Shown here in pieces: positions 8,552 through 17,967 of a stretch of 52,563 nt of DNA (positions are counted from its first letter, which is position 1; each line of letters starts with the position of its first letter). The position numbers were made by a program, and so were the translations under genes. The DNA lies in the IMG/VR virus record IMGVR_UViG_2802428818_000001, positions 1-52,563 of that record, one strand, 5' to 3'. The notes beneath the pieces were generated by a model, which saw nothing but the letters and a program-made list of their open reading frames with translations, was not told the origin of the DNA and made no database searches. The stretch comes from a virus (taxonomy: Duplodnaviria; Heunggongvirae; Uroviricota; Caudoviricetes).

Positions 8552-8634
8552 CTGATATTGCGCGAAAAATAGCGCTATCGACTTCTAACGAGCGTCATTT
8601 GCTCATTAGAAATTAGCGCTTATTGCGTGGGTTG

Positions 8635-9378
8635 CTATTGGATATAGCGATGGACGCGTTCGACCAGATCTGGATCAAAGCGGCTCTCGACCTTGGCGAG
8701 CGGCAGCCGGTTCTGATTGATGAACTGGGCGAGCACATACCAAGGATTTCCCCTGAGTGCTGCCTGCTTGAACAGCCATTCGTGATAGTCGTCCTGATGG
8801 GCGATGCCATCGTAGTTCTCGATCATGTAAGCGGGATCGTCCGACAGATAGAGGCGAGCCGCCTGCATTTCTTCCCACTTGGCGACGGTCTTCTCGACGT
8901 CTTCCTGCTTGTAGAGGTGCTGTGACTGCGGCAGGTGGTTCTGACCCCAGAAGCGCAGACGCAAGCCCATCACGGTGTGGATGTAGTCCTTGTAGGGCAT
9001 GCCGATCGCATCAGCCACCTGACGGCCGCGCCACATGCCGGAGAACTGCATCATGTGCTTTTCGCTAAGCTGGGCGAGACCCTTGAAGATCTCCTCGATC
9101 GACGGCACCTTGATGAACTTCGAGGCAGTCTTCGAGAACTCCACCGCGAAGTAGTCGCGATAGACCTCCCCAAAGGCCTCGATGTAATGACGGGTCGCCT
9201 GAAGCGGCGTCATCATGCGGTAGTCGAACCACTTGGAGCGAAAAAGCTCCGGGTCGATCGCCAGGAGCCTTTTGTCTATAAAGCGGAACGCGACCAGATC
9301 GTCTTCAATCGGGTCTGGTCGCGGCATGTCGTCAATTGCGGGCAGCACTTGCATCCAAAAATCTCTCGAGTCCTTCAC
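8635..9378 (-). CDS. Conserved phage hypothetical protein (replication-associated?)
   Basis: 247 aa with phage-like codon usage; directly upstream of dnaB; start uncertain (47-bp overlap with phoH). Confidence 0.7.
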   Translation of the reverse strand: MKDSRDFWMQVLPAIDDMPRPDPIEDDLVAFRFIDKRLLAIDPELFRSKWFDYRMMTPLQATRHYIEAFGEVYRDYFAVEFSKTASKFIKVPSIEEIFKGLAQLSEKHMMQFSGMWRGRQVADAIGMPYKDYIHTVMGLRLRFWGQNHLPQSQHLYKQEDVEKTVAKWEEMQAARLYLSDDPAYMIENYDGIAHQDDYHEWLFKQAALRGNPWYVLAQFINQNRLPLAKVESRFDPDLVERVHRYIQ

Positions 9379-10189
9379 GAGCTTCGTCGTCGTTGCTCAC
9401 TGAATAGCTCGAAATCTCTTGGTCTTCGTAGAGTTCGACAATTTTTTGAATAAGACCGTGCCGAACGATGTCTTCACGGCCGAACTCCACCACCGAAACT
9501 TCAGGCAACCGACGCAGAAGATGGATCGCTCTCGGCATGCCGGACTTGATGCCTTGGTCGATCTGCTTCAGGTCGCCATTGATGATGAACTTGGCGCCCT
9601 CGCCGATGCGCGTCAGCGCCATCTTGAACTCGGTATCGGTCGCGTTCTGCATTTCATCAAAGATCACCCAGGCGCGCTTCAGCGTGCGGCCGCGCATGAA
9701 GGCCAGCGGCACCGGAACGATGATTTCAGCCTCGATCAGATATTCATAGTTGGCCTGGCCGAATGCGTCGTGAAAAGCCTCCTCGAGCGGCGTCAGGTAG
9801 GGACCGAATTTCTCGTCCAGGTCGCCGGGCAGGAAGCCGAAGGAGCGCTCAACTTCGACGTTCGGGCGGGTGACATAAATCTTGTCGATCAGGCCTGCCT
9901 TATAGGCCTCGGCAGCCCGCTGGACGGCGAACCAGGTCTTGCCCGTGCCGGCCGGGCCAGTGCCAAAGATGATGTCGGACGACTTGATTGCGGCGTCATA
10001 GCGCTTCTGGCCGGCATTGAGCGCCTTCACTGGACCTTCGTGCTTCTCGGTGCGCGAGGGCTTGCGGCGATTGGTTTCATGTTCCTTCACGGCAGCAAGC
10101 AAATTGTCGTGCTTCGTGGGCTTCACAGAGGCGCCGCGGCGCTCCTGTCTTTGAGAGGACTTGGAGAAGCGGCGGGCCTGCTGGGACAT
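9332..10189 (-). CDS. phoH: PhoH-family ATPase
   Basis: GPAGTGKT, GFLPGDL, AFMRGRTL, DEMQN, LTRIGEG..IINGDLKQID, DIVRHGLI. Start at 10189 with GGAG SD. Confidence 0.93.
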   Translation of the reverse strand: MSQQARRFSKSSQRQERRGASVKPTKHDNLLAAVKEHETNRRKPSRTEKHEGPVKALNAGQKRYDAAIKSSDIIFGTGPAGTGKTWFAVQRAAEAYKAGLIDKIYVTRPNVEVERSFGFLPGDLDEKFGPYLTPLEEAFHDAFGQANYEYLIEAEIIVPVPLAFMRGRTLKRAWVIFDEMQNATDTEFKMALTRIGEGAKFIINGDLKQIDQGIKSGMPRAIHLLRRLPEVSVVEFGREDIVRHGLIQKIVELYEDQEISSYSVSNDDEAREGLERFLDASAARN

Positions 10190-10239
10190 TGGTTCACTCC
10201 TGAATGCGAATGACATCAGTTTACGCGAACAGGGTGCAG

Positions 10240-10257
10240 TAAGTAAATATTGATTTA
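10240..10257. promoter_or_regulatory. 18-bp palindrome, copy 5
   Basis: TAAGTAAATATTGATTTA. Confidence 0.85.
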
Positions 10258-10270
10258 GCTATTTGCCAAA

Positions 10271-10816
10271 TCAAATCCAGTAGGTGCCGACGGCGTAATC
10301 GGCCGGGATCGGATTCATGTTCTTGATGAGGCGACCGGCGCGAATATGCTTTTCCTTGTGCTCCATGGCCGCCTTGCCGAGCGCGAACATTCCCTGAGCA
10401 TCAAGGGGAATTTCCGAGTTGTCGGCCGCGATCCACGTAAAATCCTGAGCGCCACCATGCCAACGAAGATCCCCAGGCTGCGCGCCGATCATCATTGCCG
10501 CAACGGCTGCGGTGCAAGCGCCCATAAGGTTTTCGCGATCCTGATCACGGGATTGAAAGAGCACACCGTTAAAGACGAAACCCGAGACGATCCGACGATC
10601 GCGTTCCGCATCTACGTCTGTCAGCGTCGGCTCTGAGGTCTCGGGGAGATAAGGCAATGCGGTGTCTTTTGCCGCATCGAAAAGCTCCACGACTTCCGGA
10701 TCGGGATCTTCAGGCCATGCGGCAAATGGAATCCATTGCTGCAAGCCTTCATGAAACTTTTCCATTTCGATAGCGCCTGAGGGCAACCACTTTGCATTTC
10801 GAAATTGCGCCGTCAT
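10271..10816 (-). CDS. Tail fibre assembly-type protein (DUF4376-like)
   Basis: RDRRIVSGFVFNGVLFQSRDQDRENL...W...DN pattern; follows the tail fibre gene. Confidence 0.7.
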   Translation of the reverse strand: MTAQFRNAKWLPSGAIEMEKFHEGLQQWIPFAAWPEDPDPEVVELFDAAKDTALPYLPETSEPTLTDVDAERDRRIVSGFVFNGVLFQSRDQDRENLMGACTAAVAAMMIGAQPGDLRWHGGAQDFTWIAADNSEIPLDAQGMFALGKAAMEHKEKHIRAGRLIKNMNPIPADYAVGTYWI

Positions 10817-10818
10817 TT

Positions 10819-13326
10819 CTAAATCCTCTGAAACAGGCCTCGTGTCTGGGCTGGAGTGTAGCCAAGGCAGCGCCAGCTACCACCCAGGTTGCCGTTGCCA
10901 CCGCCCGATGCAGTGCCGTTTGACTTGATGTTTGTGCCAGAGACGACTTCGCCTTCCTGCATTGCCGTCGAAGTGAAGCAGTTCCACGCCCAAGTGAGCA
11001 TGCCGGTGGAGCCGATCGCCTGATCTGCAAATTCACGGGGCGTCAGAACCCTGTCGCCGGCGAACCAGAGTTCACCATCGTTGCTCATAATGAGACCGAC
11101 ACCGGCTACGTCATTCCAGATGCGGAGACCGTTGCTTGAGCCAGTTCCATCGCGATGTTGAATATAGCCTTGTCGCGCAGACGCCTTCCAAAAGGTCAGA
11201 TAAGGATCCGACGTATTGTCGGTTGCGATAATCCTCAGCGCCTCACCATTGCTGGTAAGCGTTAGACCAGTGGAAATATAGACCGCACCGGTCGCAAAAT
11301 CGATCGTGAACGGACGAAGCGAGTTCCAACCCCCATACTGATCGCCGGACGCGGTAATCAGAAAGTTAAAAGAGGTGCCATCCACACGACCGATCAGACC
11401 ATAATTTCCAGCCGCGGCGCGTATAAAATTAAAGCTCGTGCTCTGGATCTCGCCGGTGACAGTCGCGGAGCCGTAGATGGTCGTGGAGCCGTAGATGCCG
11501 AGACTGGAGGTTCGGATTGCATAGTCCGAGAGAACGCCGTTATTCAGCGCCATAAGCTCATTGGCGTCGACGCGAACGTTACCGCCCGTATCAGGTCCGA
11601 TCTGAAGTGCATGAAAGGCACTGGTCTCGGTGACGTCGTAGGAGGAAGTCAGACGCAGCCGTGGTGCCGTCAAAGTGCCGTCCGCGTCGGCCTTCAGCGC
11701 ATTTGTCCAGGATCCGGTCGTTCCGTAATTGAGCTTGAAAAGGCCGTCTGCATCAACAGTTATGAGCCACTCGTTCGCATTGCCGATGTTACCGATACGA
11801 ACGCTCGGTGCGGCATTTCGAACAGTAAAGTTGCCCGTCGTCGTAAAGTCAGCATCGTCGCGGAAGAGATTAGAGGCGTGATAGCCATCGAGCAGATCGG
11901 CTTCGAGGCCGGAACCGGGACCATCAACCGTCTTGACCTTCGCCAGAACATCGGCCGCCGTGTAGGCGCTGGCATCAAGCTTGAAGGAGATCGCCGAGGC
12001 AATCTCTGTGTCGTTGTTCTGAAGCCAGGTGCCAATCTCGGCGAGCGTGTCGTAAAGCGCCGGGGCACCGGTTTTCAGATCATCGATGGCGATCCTGACA
12101 TAGGCCGTGGTGGCGACCTGATCAGTGTTGGTTCCAAGGGCAGCGGTCGGCGCAGTCGGCGTGCCGGCGAGCGCTGGGGAGTTCAACGGCGCGGCGCCGA
12201 TCGTCACGCGCACCTGGTTGGGATCTGCGAAATCACTGCCGTTGTTGGCGCGACGCACGAACAGATCAGCATTGGCGTCATTAACGAGGGTCTGCGCGGT
12301 ATCTCTGGCGCCTTCGGCCGCGGCCTGCGCTGTCTGAGCGTCGGTTTTTGCCTGCACAGAGACGTCACGCGCCGCTTCGCTCGCCGTCTGGGCGGTCTGG
12401 GATGCGTCTCGCGCGGCCTGGGATTGATCGCGTGCGGTTTCGGCGACCGATTGCGCCGTCTGAGCCGCGTCTCGGGCCGTATTGGTGTCAGCGAGTGCCG
12501 TCTCTACGGCCTGGCGATCGGTCGCAACAACGCCGGCAGATATATCGGTCGCATTCTTCAACGCAAGCGCGTCATCTGCGGAGCCAGCAGCGGCCACAGC
12601 AGCGTCACTGGCAGCATCCGCGGAGCTTGCAGCAGCATTCCTGCTCGCGAGTGCGTCGGACGCGCTCTGCGCGCTCTCCTGCGCTTTTGCAGCAGCAACA
12701 TCACGCGCACCCTCGGCCAGCGTCTTCGCATCTTCAGCGGCCGTCTGCGCATTGAGAGCAGCGGTCTTTGCATCGTCGGCGCCGGCCTTCGCAGTGTCAG
12801 CGCCGCTCTTGGCCGTCTCAGCGCCGGTTTTAGCCGTCTGAGCTGCATCGCGTGCGGCTTCGGCCGCGGCCTTCGCTGTGACGGACTGGTCACGGGCTGC
12901 CTCGGAAGCTCCCTTGGCGCTCTGCGCGTCGTCACGCGCCTGGTTGGCAGAGCTCGCCGAGTTCGCAGCGTTAATGGCCGAGTTCGCCGAAGCATTCCTT
13001 GAGATCTGCGCTTCGTTCTTTGCAGTCGTCGCGGTAGTCGCAGCGGAAGAGGCAGTCGATGCGTTGGTCGCCGCCTGGTCGCGGTAGGTCTTACCCTCGT
13101 TGGCTGCCAGGATCGTTGCGTCGCGGGCGGCTTCCATTTCCGGCGTGAAGTCGCCGGGCGGGCCTTCATCTCCCTTCGGGCCGACTTTAAAGCCGACAAT
13201 CTCAGGAACGATCTGGGTGCCGGAATAGATCTCGATCACACCCTCGTCGGAGTCGACCTGGATCATTTGCGTGATGGCCGGATACTCGACAGCGACGTCG
13301 CCAACCTCGATCAGGATCTCATCCAT
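10819..13326 (-). CDS. Side tail fibre protein
   Basis: Short G-X-Y stretch, long Ala-rich Stf-like repeats, LNSPALAGTPTAPT fibre repeat, KTVDGPGSGLEADLLDG and YGGWNSLRPF motifs. Confidence 0.88.
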   Translation of the reverse strand: MDEILIEVGDVAVEYPAITQMIQVDSDEGVIEIYSGTQIVPEIVGFKVGPKGDEGPPGDFTPEMEAARDATILAANEGKTYRDQAATNASTASSAATTATTAKNEAQISRNASANSAINAANSASSANQARDDAQSAKGASEAARDQSVTAKAAAEAARDAAQTAKTGAETAKSGADTAKAGADDAKTAALNAQTAAEDAKTLAEGARDVAAAKAQESAQSASDALASRNAAASSADAASDAAVAAAGSADDALALKNATDISAGVVATDRQAVETALADTNTARDAAQTAQSVAETARDQSQAARDASQTAQTASEAARDVSVQAKTDAQTAQAAAEGARDTAQTLVNDANADLFVRRANNGSDFADPNQVRVTIGAAPLNSPALAGTPTAPTAALGTNTDQVATTAYVRIAIDDLKTGAPALYDTLAEIGTWLQNNDTEIASAISFKLDASAYTAADVLAKVKTVDGPGSGLEADLLDGYHASNLFRDDADFTTTGNFTVRNAAPSVRIGNIGNANEWLITVDADGLFKLNYGTTGSWTNALKADADGTLTAPRLRLTSSYDVTETSAFHALQIGPDTGGNVRVDANELMALNNGVLSDYAIRTSSLGIYGSTTIYGSATVTGEIQSTSFNFIRAAAGNYGLIGRVDGTSFNFLITASGDQYGGWNSLRPFTIDFATGAVYISTGLTLTSNGEALRIIATDNTSDPYLTFWKASARQGYIQHRDGTGSSNGLRIWNDVAGVGLIMSNDGELWFAGDRVLTPREFADQAIGSTGMLTWAWNCFTSTAMQEGEVVSGTNIKSNGTASGGGNGNLGGSWRCLGYTPAQTRGLFQRI

Positions 13327-13329
13327 GGA

Positions 13330-13677
13330 CTAGATCCTCGTAACCGGCCGGCGCACAGGCACCACGAGCAGAATGCCGAGGTGCTGCTTCAGACCACCGT
13401 CGGTGCGCACGATATCGATATGAGCCTCGCGATCGGGCCAGTCTGCGGTGATCGAGCCAGGAATCTTGAGATTGAGGATCTTGTCCGACACACGGCCGAT
13501 ATTGCCGTTCGCGGTCGTAAGCGTCGTCAGCACCTCTTCGGAATTGCGATCGCGCCGGACCTGCGAGACGAAGGTCGCAGTCGAAGGGAATGTCAGGCCC
13601 GATTTCTCGAAGCTGATCTGGATGGACCAGTCATAGCCCGCGGTAATGATCTGACCCTTAACCTTCTGAAGCATCAC
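13330..13677 (-). CDS. Tail fibre/baseplate attachment protein (BppU N-terminal-like)
   Basis: ITAGYDW.IQISF...FVSQVRR...LTTLTT.NG.I...L.L.IP...T..W...A..DI pattern; directly before the fibre gene. Confidence 0.6.
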   Translation of the reverse strand: MMLQKVKGQIITAGYDWSIQISFEKSGLTFPSTATFVSQVRRDRNSEEVLTTLTTANGNIGRVSDKILNLKIPGSITADWPDREAHIDIVRTDGGLKQHLGILLVVPVRRPVTRI

Positions 13678-13720
13678 AGTCCTCTTTGATTGAGCGTCAA
13701 TTATCCCCTGCTATTGAAGA

Positions 13721-13738
13721 TAAATCAATATTGATTGA
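13721..13738. promoter_or_regulatory. 18-bp palindrome, copy 6
   Basis: TAAATCAATATTGATTGA. Confidence 0.85.
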
Positions 13739-13743
13739 CCGTA

Positions 13744-15606
13744 TCAGCCACGCCACGCGCCATTCTGGTAGGTGACGAGCGTGCGCTTGCCGTTCTTGTA
13801 TTGGACCGTATCTGTCACGGTCCAGCCGGACGGGCCTTTGTTGTAGCCCTGGCGCAGGTTCTTCACGCCGGAGACGTAGACCTCATCGAGGATCTCGGAC
13901 GAATGTTTGTCGCCGATATTCATCGGACGGCCGAGCGCTGCGTAGCCGGCGACTGTGCCTCGAGCTCCATTGGCGCCGCGGAAGCCGTGATGACCGCATT
14001 CGACGCCGTTCCTGACGTAGCTTTGACCGTCATGAACCCAGTTCACACCGGAGACGTCAACGCCGTGCTTCTCTGCCAGCCAGTTGACGGCATGCTCGAG
14101 CAGCGAGAAGGAACGCGGGCTACGGCCGGCGTCGAGATCCTTGGCGACTTCTTCGCGCCAGGCAAGATAGGCGTCCTCGAGCTGAAGGCCGAAGCGAATG
14201 TTGATGCCGTCGTTGCGGTAGCGCCCTTCCCTCACATAGCGCTCAAGAGCGATATCGTGATTGGACTCGACCACAGTGACAGCGGTGGTCTGGCGCAGCT
14301 CCTCGAGCAACCTCGCGACAGCCAGCACCTCTTCAGCGACACTCTCTCGGTCGCGCACTGCCACTTCCCAGCTCATTGCGTTGTCATGGACGTTGTGATG
14401 ATTGCGCCGGTAGTTGTCGAAGATGTCGTGGACCAGCACCTCTTTCGGGTTGAGGCTCTTCACCAGGCTGTTCGGCGCCCGGAAGGTGGCATCGTAGTTC
14501 TTGCGGTCTTCCTTGTCGTTGTGGAAGTCGCCAAGCGCCACGAGATCGACGCTCTCCTCATCGATCTCGACGACGCCATTCTTGACGAAGAACTCGAGGT
14601 CGTAGAAGGAGCCGTCGGTATCAGCGAGCAGGTGGCGCACGAAGGGATCGCCGGCCTGGTTGAACTCAAGGATCACGGCGCCGATCTTGTGATAGCTGAG
14701 CGCCTTGATGCCGGCCTTGCGAGGAATGATCTTCGGACGGGTGATCATACCCGTGGTGAGCACCTGGTGCGCCTGCTTTGTGGGATCGAGCGACGGAACG
14801 GACTTGAGCTGGATCTTGGCGTGCGGAAAGACGGTCCACTTGCCGCGCGAATAGGTGGTGAGATCACCGATCGGGCGATTGGCCGTCGGCAGCATGTTCA
14901 TTTCACCGGCGAACACAAAGTTGTCGCCGAACTCCATCTGGCCGAAGCAGAGGAACTCTTGGATCTCGGGCGCGTAGGAGCGCACAGCCGGGTTGTTCTC
15001 GGCCCACCACTGGGTTTCGTAGGTGCCGGGACCGATGATGATGTCTGCATCGCGGAAGTGCGCGTATGCCTGAAGGTTCTGCCAGAAGTCGCCATCAACC
15101 GGGCAGTCGTTCTGGGCGCCGGTCAGGATGAAGCAGCGGCCGCGCGGATCTGTGACGGCTTCGGTCTTCAGGATATCAGTCATCCAGGTGCGCGGCACGC
15201 CTTCGGTAGACTCGCGCGTTCCACTGGCGCGGCTGTAGCGGTTAACGAGCGTGCCCTCGACAACGACGGCTTCAGGGTTGATCACCGGATAACGCGATGC
15301 TGTAAGCAGATTGTGGAGCTGTTCACGCAGAAGATTCGCACGCGCATTGGCGTGGATCATCGGGTCGACCGGTTCCTTCTTCTGGCTGGGCGATTTAACG
15401 CCAACACGGCTGATCAGAGCCGGAACGTCTTCGCCGGCGCGCTTACGACCACGCATGATCGCAGCTTTGTTCCGGACTGTCTGATAGGACAGTTTCAGTT
15501 CATAGGCGACGTCTGCAAGAAAAGGATAGGTCGCCGGATCGTTATAAACCCGAACGAAGTTTGCATCCTCAGAAGAAAGCGTTGTTTCCGGTCCTACTTC
15601 GTTCAT
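13744..15606 (-). CDS. N-terminal HTH + calcineurin-like metallophosphoesterase
   Basis: LADVAYELKLSYQTVRN HTH; GDFHND, HDIFD, ESNHD, GHHG, GDKHS metallophosphoesterase motifs. Confidence 0.75.
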   Translation of the reverse strand: MNEVGPETTLSSEDANFVRVYNDPATYPFLADVAYELKLSYQTVRNKAAIMRGRKRAGEDVPALISRVGVKSPSQKKEPVDPMIHANARANLLREQLHNLLTASRYPVINPEAVVVEGTLVNRYSRASGTRESTEGVPRTWMTDILKTEAVTDPRGRCFILTGAQNDCPVDGDFWQNLQAYAHFRDADIIIGPGTYETQWWAENNPAVRSYAPEIQEFLCFGQMEFGDNFVFAGEMNMLPTANRPIGDLTTYSRGKWTVFPHAKIQLKSVPSLDPTKQAHQVLTTGMITRPKIIPRKAGIKALSYHKIGAVILEFNQAGDPFVRHLLADTDGSFYDLEFFVKNGVVEIDEESVDLVALGDFHNDKEDRKNYDATFRAPNSLVKSLNPKEVLVHDIFDNYRRNHHNVHDNAMSWEVAVRDRESVAEEVLAVARLLEELRQTTAVTVVESNHDIALERYVREGRYRNDGINIRFGLQLEDAYLAWREEVAKDLDAGRSPRSFSLLEHAVNWLAEKHGVDVSGVNWVHDGQSYVRNGVECGHHGFRGANGARGTVAGYAALGRPMNIGDKHSSEILDEVYVSGVKNLRQGYNKGPSGWTVTDTVQYKNGKRTLVTYQNGAWRG

Positions 15607-15660
15607 AGTTATTATATTCTCTGTTAGTGAATAAGATACATAGAAGAGAGACGGACCGGA
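15586..15660 (-). repeat. Bipartite element A
   Basis: TTCCGGTCC-N7-TTCATAGT...ATACATAGAAGAGAGACGGACCGGA; near-identical architecture at 45712-45793. Confidence 0.75.
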
Positions 15661-16002
15661 TTACTTCCCGGTCGCGTCGAAGTTCTTGCGGAGATCTTCG
15701 TAGAAGTCCGTGATCGTCTGAGCCTTCATCCGGCACTCAAGAAGGTTGATGCGGTCCCGGCGCCAAAGCTTTTCCGCTTCCGCCTGGGTGATATCGCGGT
15801 CAGGGATCAGGACCGGCCGAGGACAAGCAGGCTTGAGCGTGCCGTCAGGCTGACGCTCACCGATCAGTTCGGCCGGAAGAGCCGGTAGCTCGATCTTGGC
15901 TTTAGCGGACGGCGTTGAGACGCTGCACGCCGCTGCGCTTGATGCCACCAGAAGAACCGTCAGCATCTTGATCGGCTTCGGCATCGAGGCGAGTGCGTTC
16001 AT
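15661..16002 (-). CDS. Outer-membrane spanin (Rz1-like lipoprotein)
   Basis: Lipobox-like AAAC after a hydrophobic stretch, Pro-rich body, overlaps the 3' end of the Rz-like gene; true start may be 15984. Confidence 0.75.
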   Translation of the reverse strand: MNALASMPKPIKMLTVLLVASSAAACSVSTPSAKAKIELPALPAELIGERQPDGTLKPACPRPVLIPDRDITQAEAEKLWRRDRINLLECRMKAQTITDFYEDLRKNFDATGK

Positions 16003-16246
16003 TTTTCAGCTTCTCCTTTTCAACGACGAGGACGGCGATGTCTTCGCGCAGTCCCTTTTCAGCAGAGGCAACCGCGGCAGCGTTGGCCTTGCGCATGTCT
16101 TCGAACTGCTTTTCGAATTTGCTGGTCGCGGCGTCGTAGCCGCGGTCATAGATCTTGGCGTAAGCAATGGTGCCGGCGACAGCGACGGCAATCGCCATGG
16201 CGCCATAGATCCAGCCGAGGTATGGAGCGAGCGCAGCCTTCAGCAT
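15902..16246 (-). CDS. Inner-membrane spanin (Rz-like)
   Basis: N-terminal TM (WIYGAMAIAVAVAGTIAYA) then coiled coil; TGATG overlap with the endolysin stop. Confidence 0.75.
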   Translation of the reverse strand: MLKAALAPYLGWIYGAMAIAVAVAGTIAYAKIYDRGYDAATSKFEKQFEDMRKANAAAVASAEKGLREDIAVLVVEKEKLKNERTRLDAEADQDADGSSGGIKRSGVQRLNAVR

Positions 16247-16878
16247 CACTGACCACTCACGCAGAGCTCGCCCTCGCCGATGCGATCGCGGTCGCCCATT
16301 TCGCGACGATTGACGAGACCCTTCAGCAGCACGCCACCGGCCTTGTTCCAGGCGGTTGCGGCGTCGCAGGCCTGGCGCCACTTCTTCTCGGTGATGAAGC
16401 CCGCAGCACGGCCCTTCTTGGCGCCATTGACGCCGTAGTTGTAGCCGCCCGAGGTCAGCGACGCCTGAAGGCTGTCAGGCGCAAGGGTGAAGTTCTTCAC
16501 GCCATCGACCAGCGGCAGGAAGTAGTCACGGGTGACGCGCTTGATCAGCTTGGCTTCGCATTCGGCCGGCGTGTAGTGATCACCCTGCTTCACACCGAGC
16601 GTCTCGCCGTAGCAGACAGTCCAGACGGGCTTCTTCGGCAGGCGATCGAGATAAGCGGTCGTGCGCAGGCCTTCCCAGTCCTTGATGACCTCGACGGCCA
16701 TCAGAACGGCAGGAGGCGTGATGCCCTGGTCGATCATCTTGTGGACAGCGGCCGGCGTCATCTGGTCATTCGGCTGCTGATCCTTGAAGGCGGTCCAGCC
16801 GGACGTGGCAGCGATCGCCATCGCAGCGGCAACCATGCCAACGCCGCGCTTGGTCTTGACGAGCTTGTTAATGGGCAT
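16246..16878 (-). CDS. Endolysin, GH24 lysozyme with probable SAR signal
   Basis: EGLRTTAYLD...VWTVCYGET, YNYG, W.KAGG..L.GLVNRR; weakly hydrophobic Gly/Ala N-terminal helix after basic residues; AGGAG SD before 16878. Confidence 0.88.
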   Translation of the reverse strand: MPINKLVKTKRGVGMVAAAMAIAATSGWTAFKDQQPNDQMTPAAVHKMIDQGITPPAVLMAVEVIKDWEGLRTTAYLDRLPKKPVWTVCYGETLGVKQGDHYTPAECEAKLIKRVTRDYFLPLVDGVKNFTLAPDSLQASLTSGGYNYGVNGAKKGRAAGFITEKKWRQACDAATAWNKAGGVLLKGLVNRREMGDRDRIGEGELCVSGQ

Positions 16879-17101
16879 CTTCGAACTCCTTCTGGGCACG
16901 CATGCGGAAATAAAAGGCAGCCGCGGAGGTCAGTCCGGAAAGGGCGGCGAATGTGCCGGTCGGGATGCCGTAAGGGGCTCCGTAGATCGCGAAGTAGACC
17001 TCAAGACCCGACAGCACGACGGCGCCTGCGATCCACTTCATCGAGTTGGCTTTGAAGAGAATCTTCTTCCAGTCGGGACGGAGCTTGAGGAAATCGCGCA
17101 T
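16868..17101 (-). CDS. Holin/pinholin candidate
   Basis: 77 aa, two TM-like segments, charged C-terminus, directly upstream of the endolysin. Confidence 0.65.
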   Translation of the reverse strand: MRDFLKLRPDWKKILFKANSMKWIAGAVVLSGLEVYFAIYGAPYGIPTGTFAALSGLTSAAAFYFRMRAQKEFEDAH

Positions 17102-17502
17102 TAGCGGCGAACCTCGATGGTCTGAGCACCAGGGCGAACCGGACCCATTTCGAAGTAGTATTCAGCCTTCTTCGTCGGGCTGTTCTCGATGACAGTCGTC
17201 AGGCGCACGACAGCTTCCTTGAGCTTCTGCGTTTCCTGGGTCTGTTCCTTGAGAGCTTCGGTGTTGCGATCGCGGTCCTGGTCGGTGCGATCGAGGCGAA
17301 TATCCTGCTCCTGGTCCTTGACGGCCTGCACCTTGCCGGCCTCGGAGATCGACTGAACGAGCTCGCGGACGATTGGTGCGTTCTCAGCGCGGCCGGACAG
17401 GAGCCAGTTGTAGATACCGAAGGCGGTGCTGCAAACGGCGATGCAGCCGGTTACAAGCGCGAGCGTCTCCTTATTGATCGAAATGGAGGGCATCGAGGCC
17501 AT
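17101..17502 (-). CDS. Single-TM membrane protein of lysis cassette (holin/antiholin candidate)
   Basis: N-terminal TM plus coiled coil; start/stop overlap with the holin gene. Confidence 0.55.
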   Translation of the reverse strand: MASMPSISINKETLALVTGCIAVCSTAFGIYNWLLSGRAENAPIVRELVQSISEAGKVQAVKDQEQDIRLDRTDQDRDRNTEALKEQTQETQKLKEAVVRLTTVIENSPTKKAEYYFEMGPVRPGAQTIEVRR

Positions 17503-17532
17503 TGGACTAGATCCTGTTGTGCTTGGGTGTGG

Positions 17533-17550
17533 TAAATCAATATTTACTTA
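17533..17550. promoter_or_regulatory. 18-bp palindrome, copy 7
   Basis: TAAATCAATATTTACTTA. Confidence 0.85.
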
Positions 17551-17553
17551 CCA

Positions 17554-17967
17554 TTATGCCAAACGAAAAGAGGTAAATCCAGACAAAAGATTTCTGACCT
17601 CATCAACACCTGCAGAGATCTCAGCCGGTGTCCTCGCCACACCGATCTTCTGTTTTGCGCCAAGACGAATCTCTTCGATCTGCGCCGAGAGCTGCGTCCA
17701 GTTATGGGCCATTGAGAGCACGATCGCCGCCTGGTCAAGGAGACTGATACCGGCCATCGCAGCCTCTTTTGCGATGTGCGGCACTTCAGCAGGATTGATC
17801 TCGGGGTTAGCCGTAACCTGTTCGGCCTCTTTCTCCTTTTGCCCATACACCATCGCCTGACCGGCGCCGAGCGTGATGAAGTGGCCGCGCACGGCTTCGG
17901 CCTGCGCGTCGATGTCTGCCATGGCAGCACTTTTAACGGCAGTGCTAACAGCCGTCTTGATCCTCAT
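17554..17967 (-). CDS. Tail-associated chaperone-like protein
   Basis: IDAQAEAVRGHFIT...QAMVY..KE.EA pattern typical of fibre-adjacent genes. Confidence 0.6.
   Translation of the reverse strand: MRIKTAVSTAVKSAAMADIDAQAEAVRGHFITLGAGQAMVYGQKEKEAEQVTANPEINPAEVPHIAKEAAMAGISLLDQAAIVLSMAHNWTQLSAQIEEIRLGAKQKIGVARTPAEISAGVDEVRNLLSGFTSFRLA

Noticed and set aside
9332-10189. phoH as evidence of host chromosomal DNA
   Set aside because: It is flanked by phage genes and an 18-bp site; phoH is a common phage auxiliary gene.
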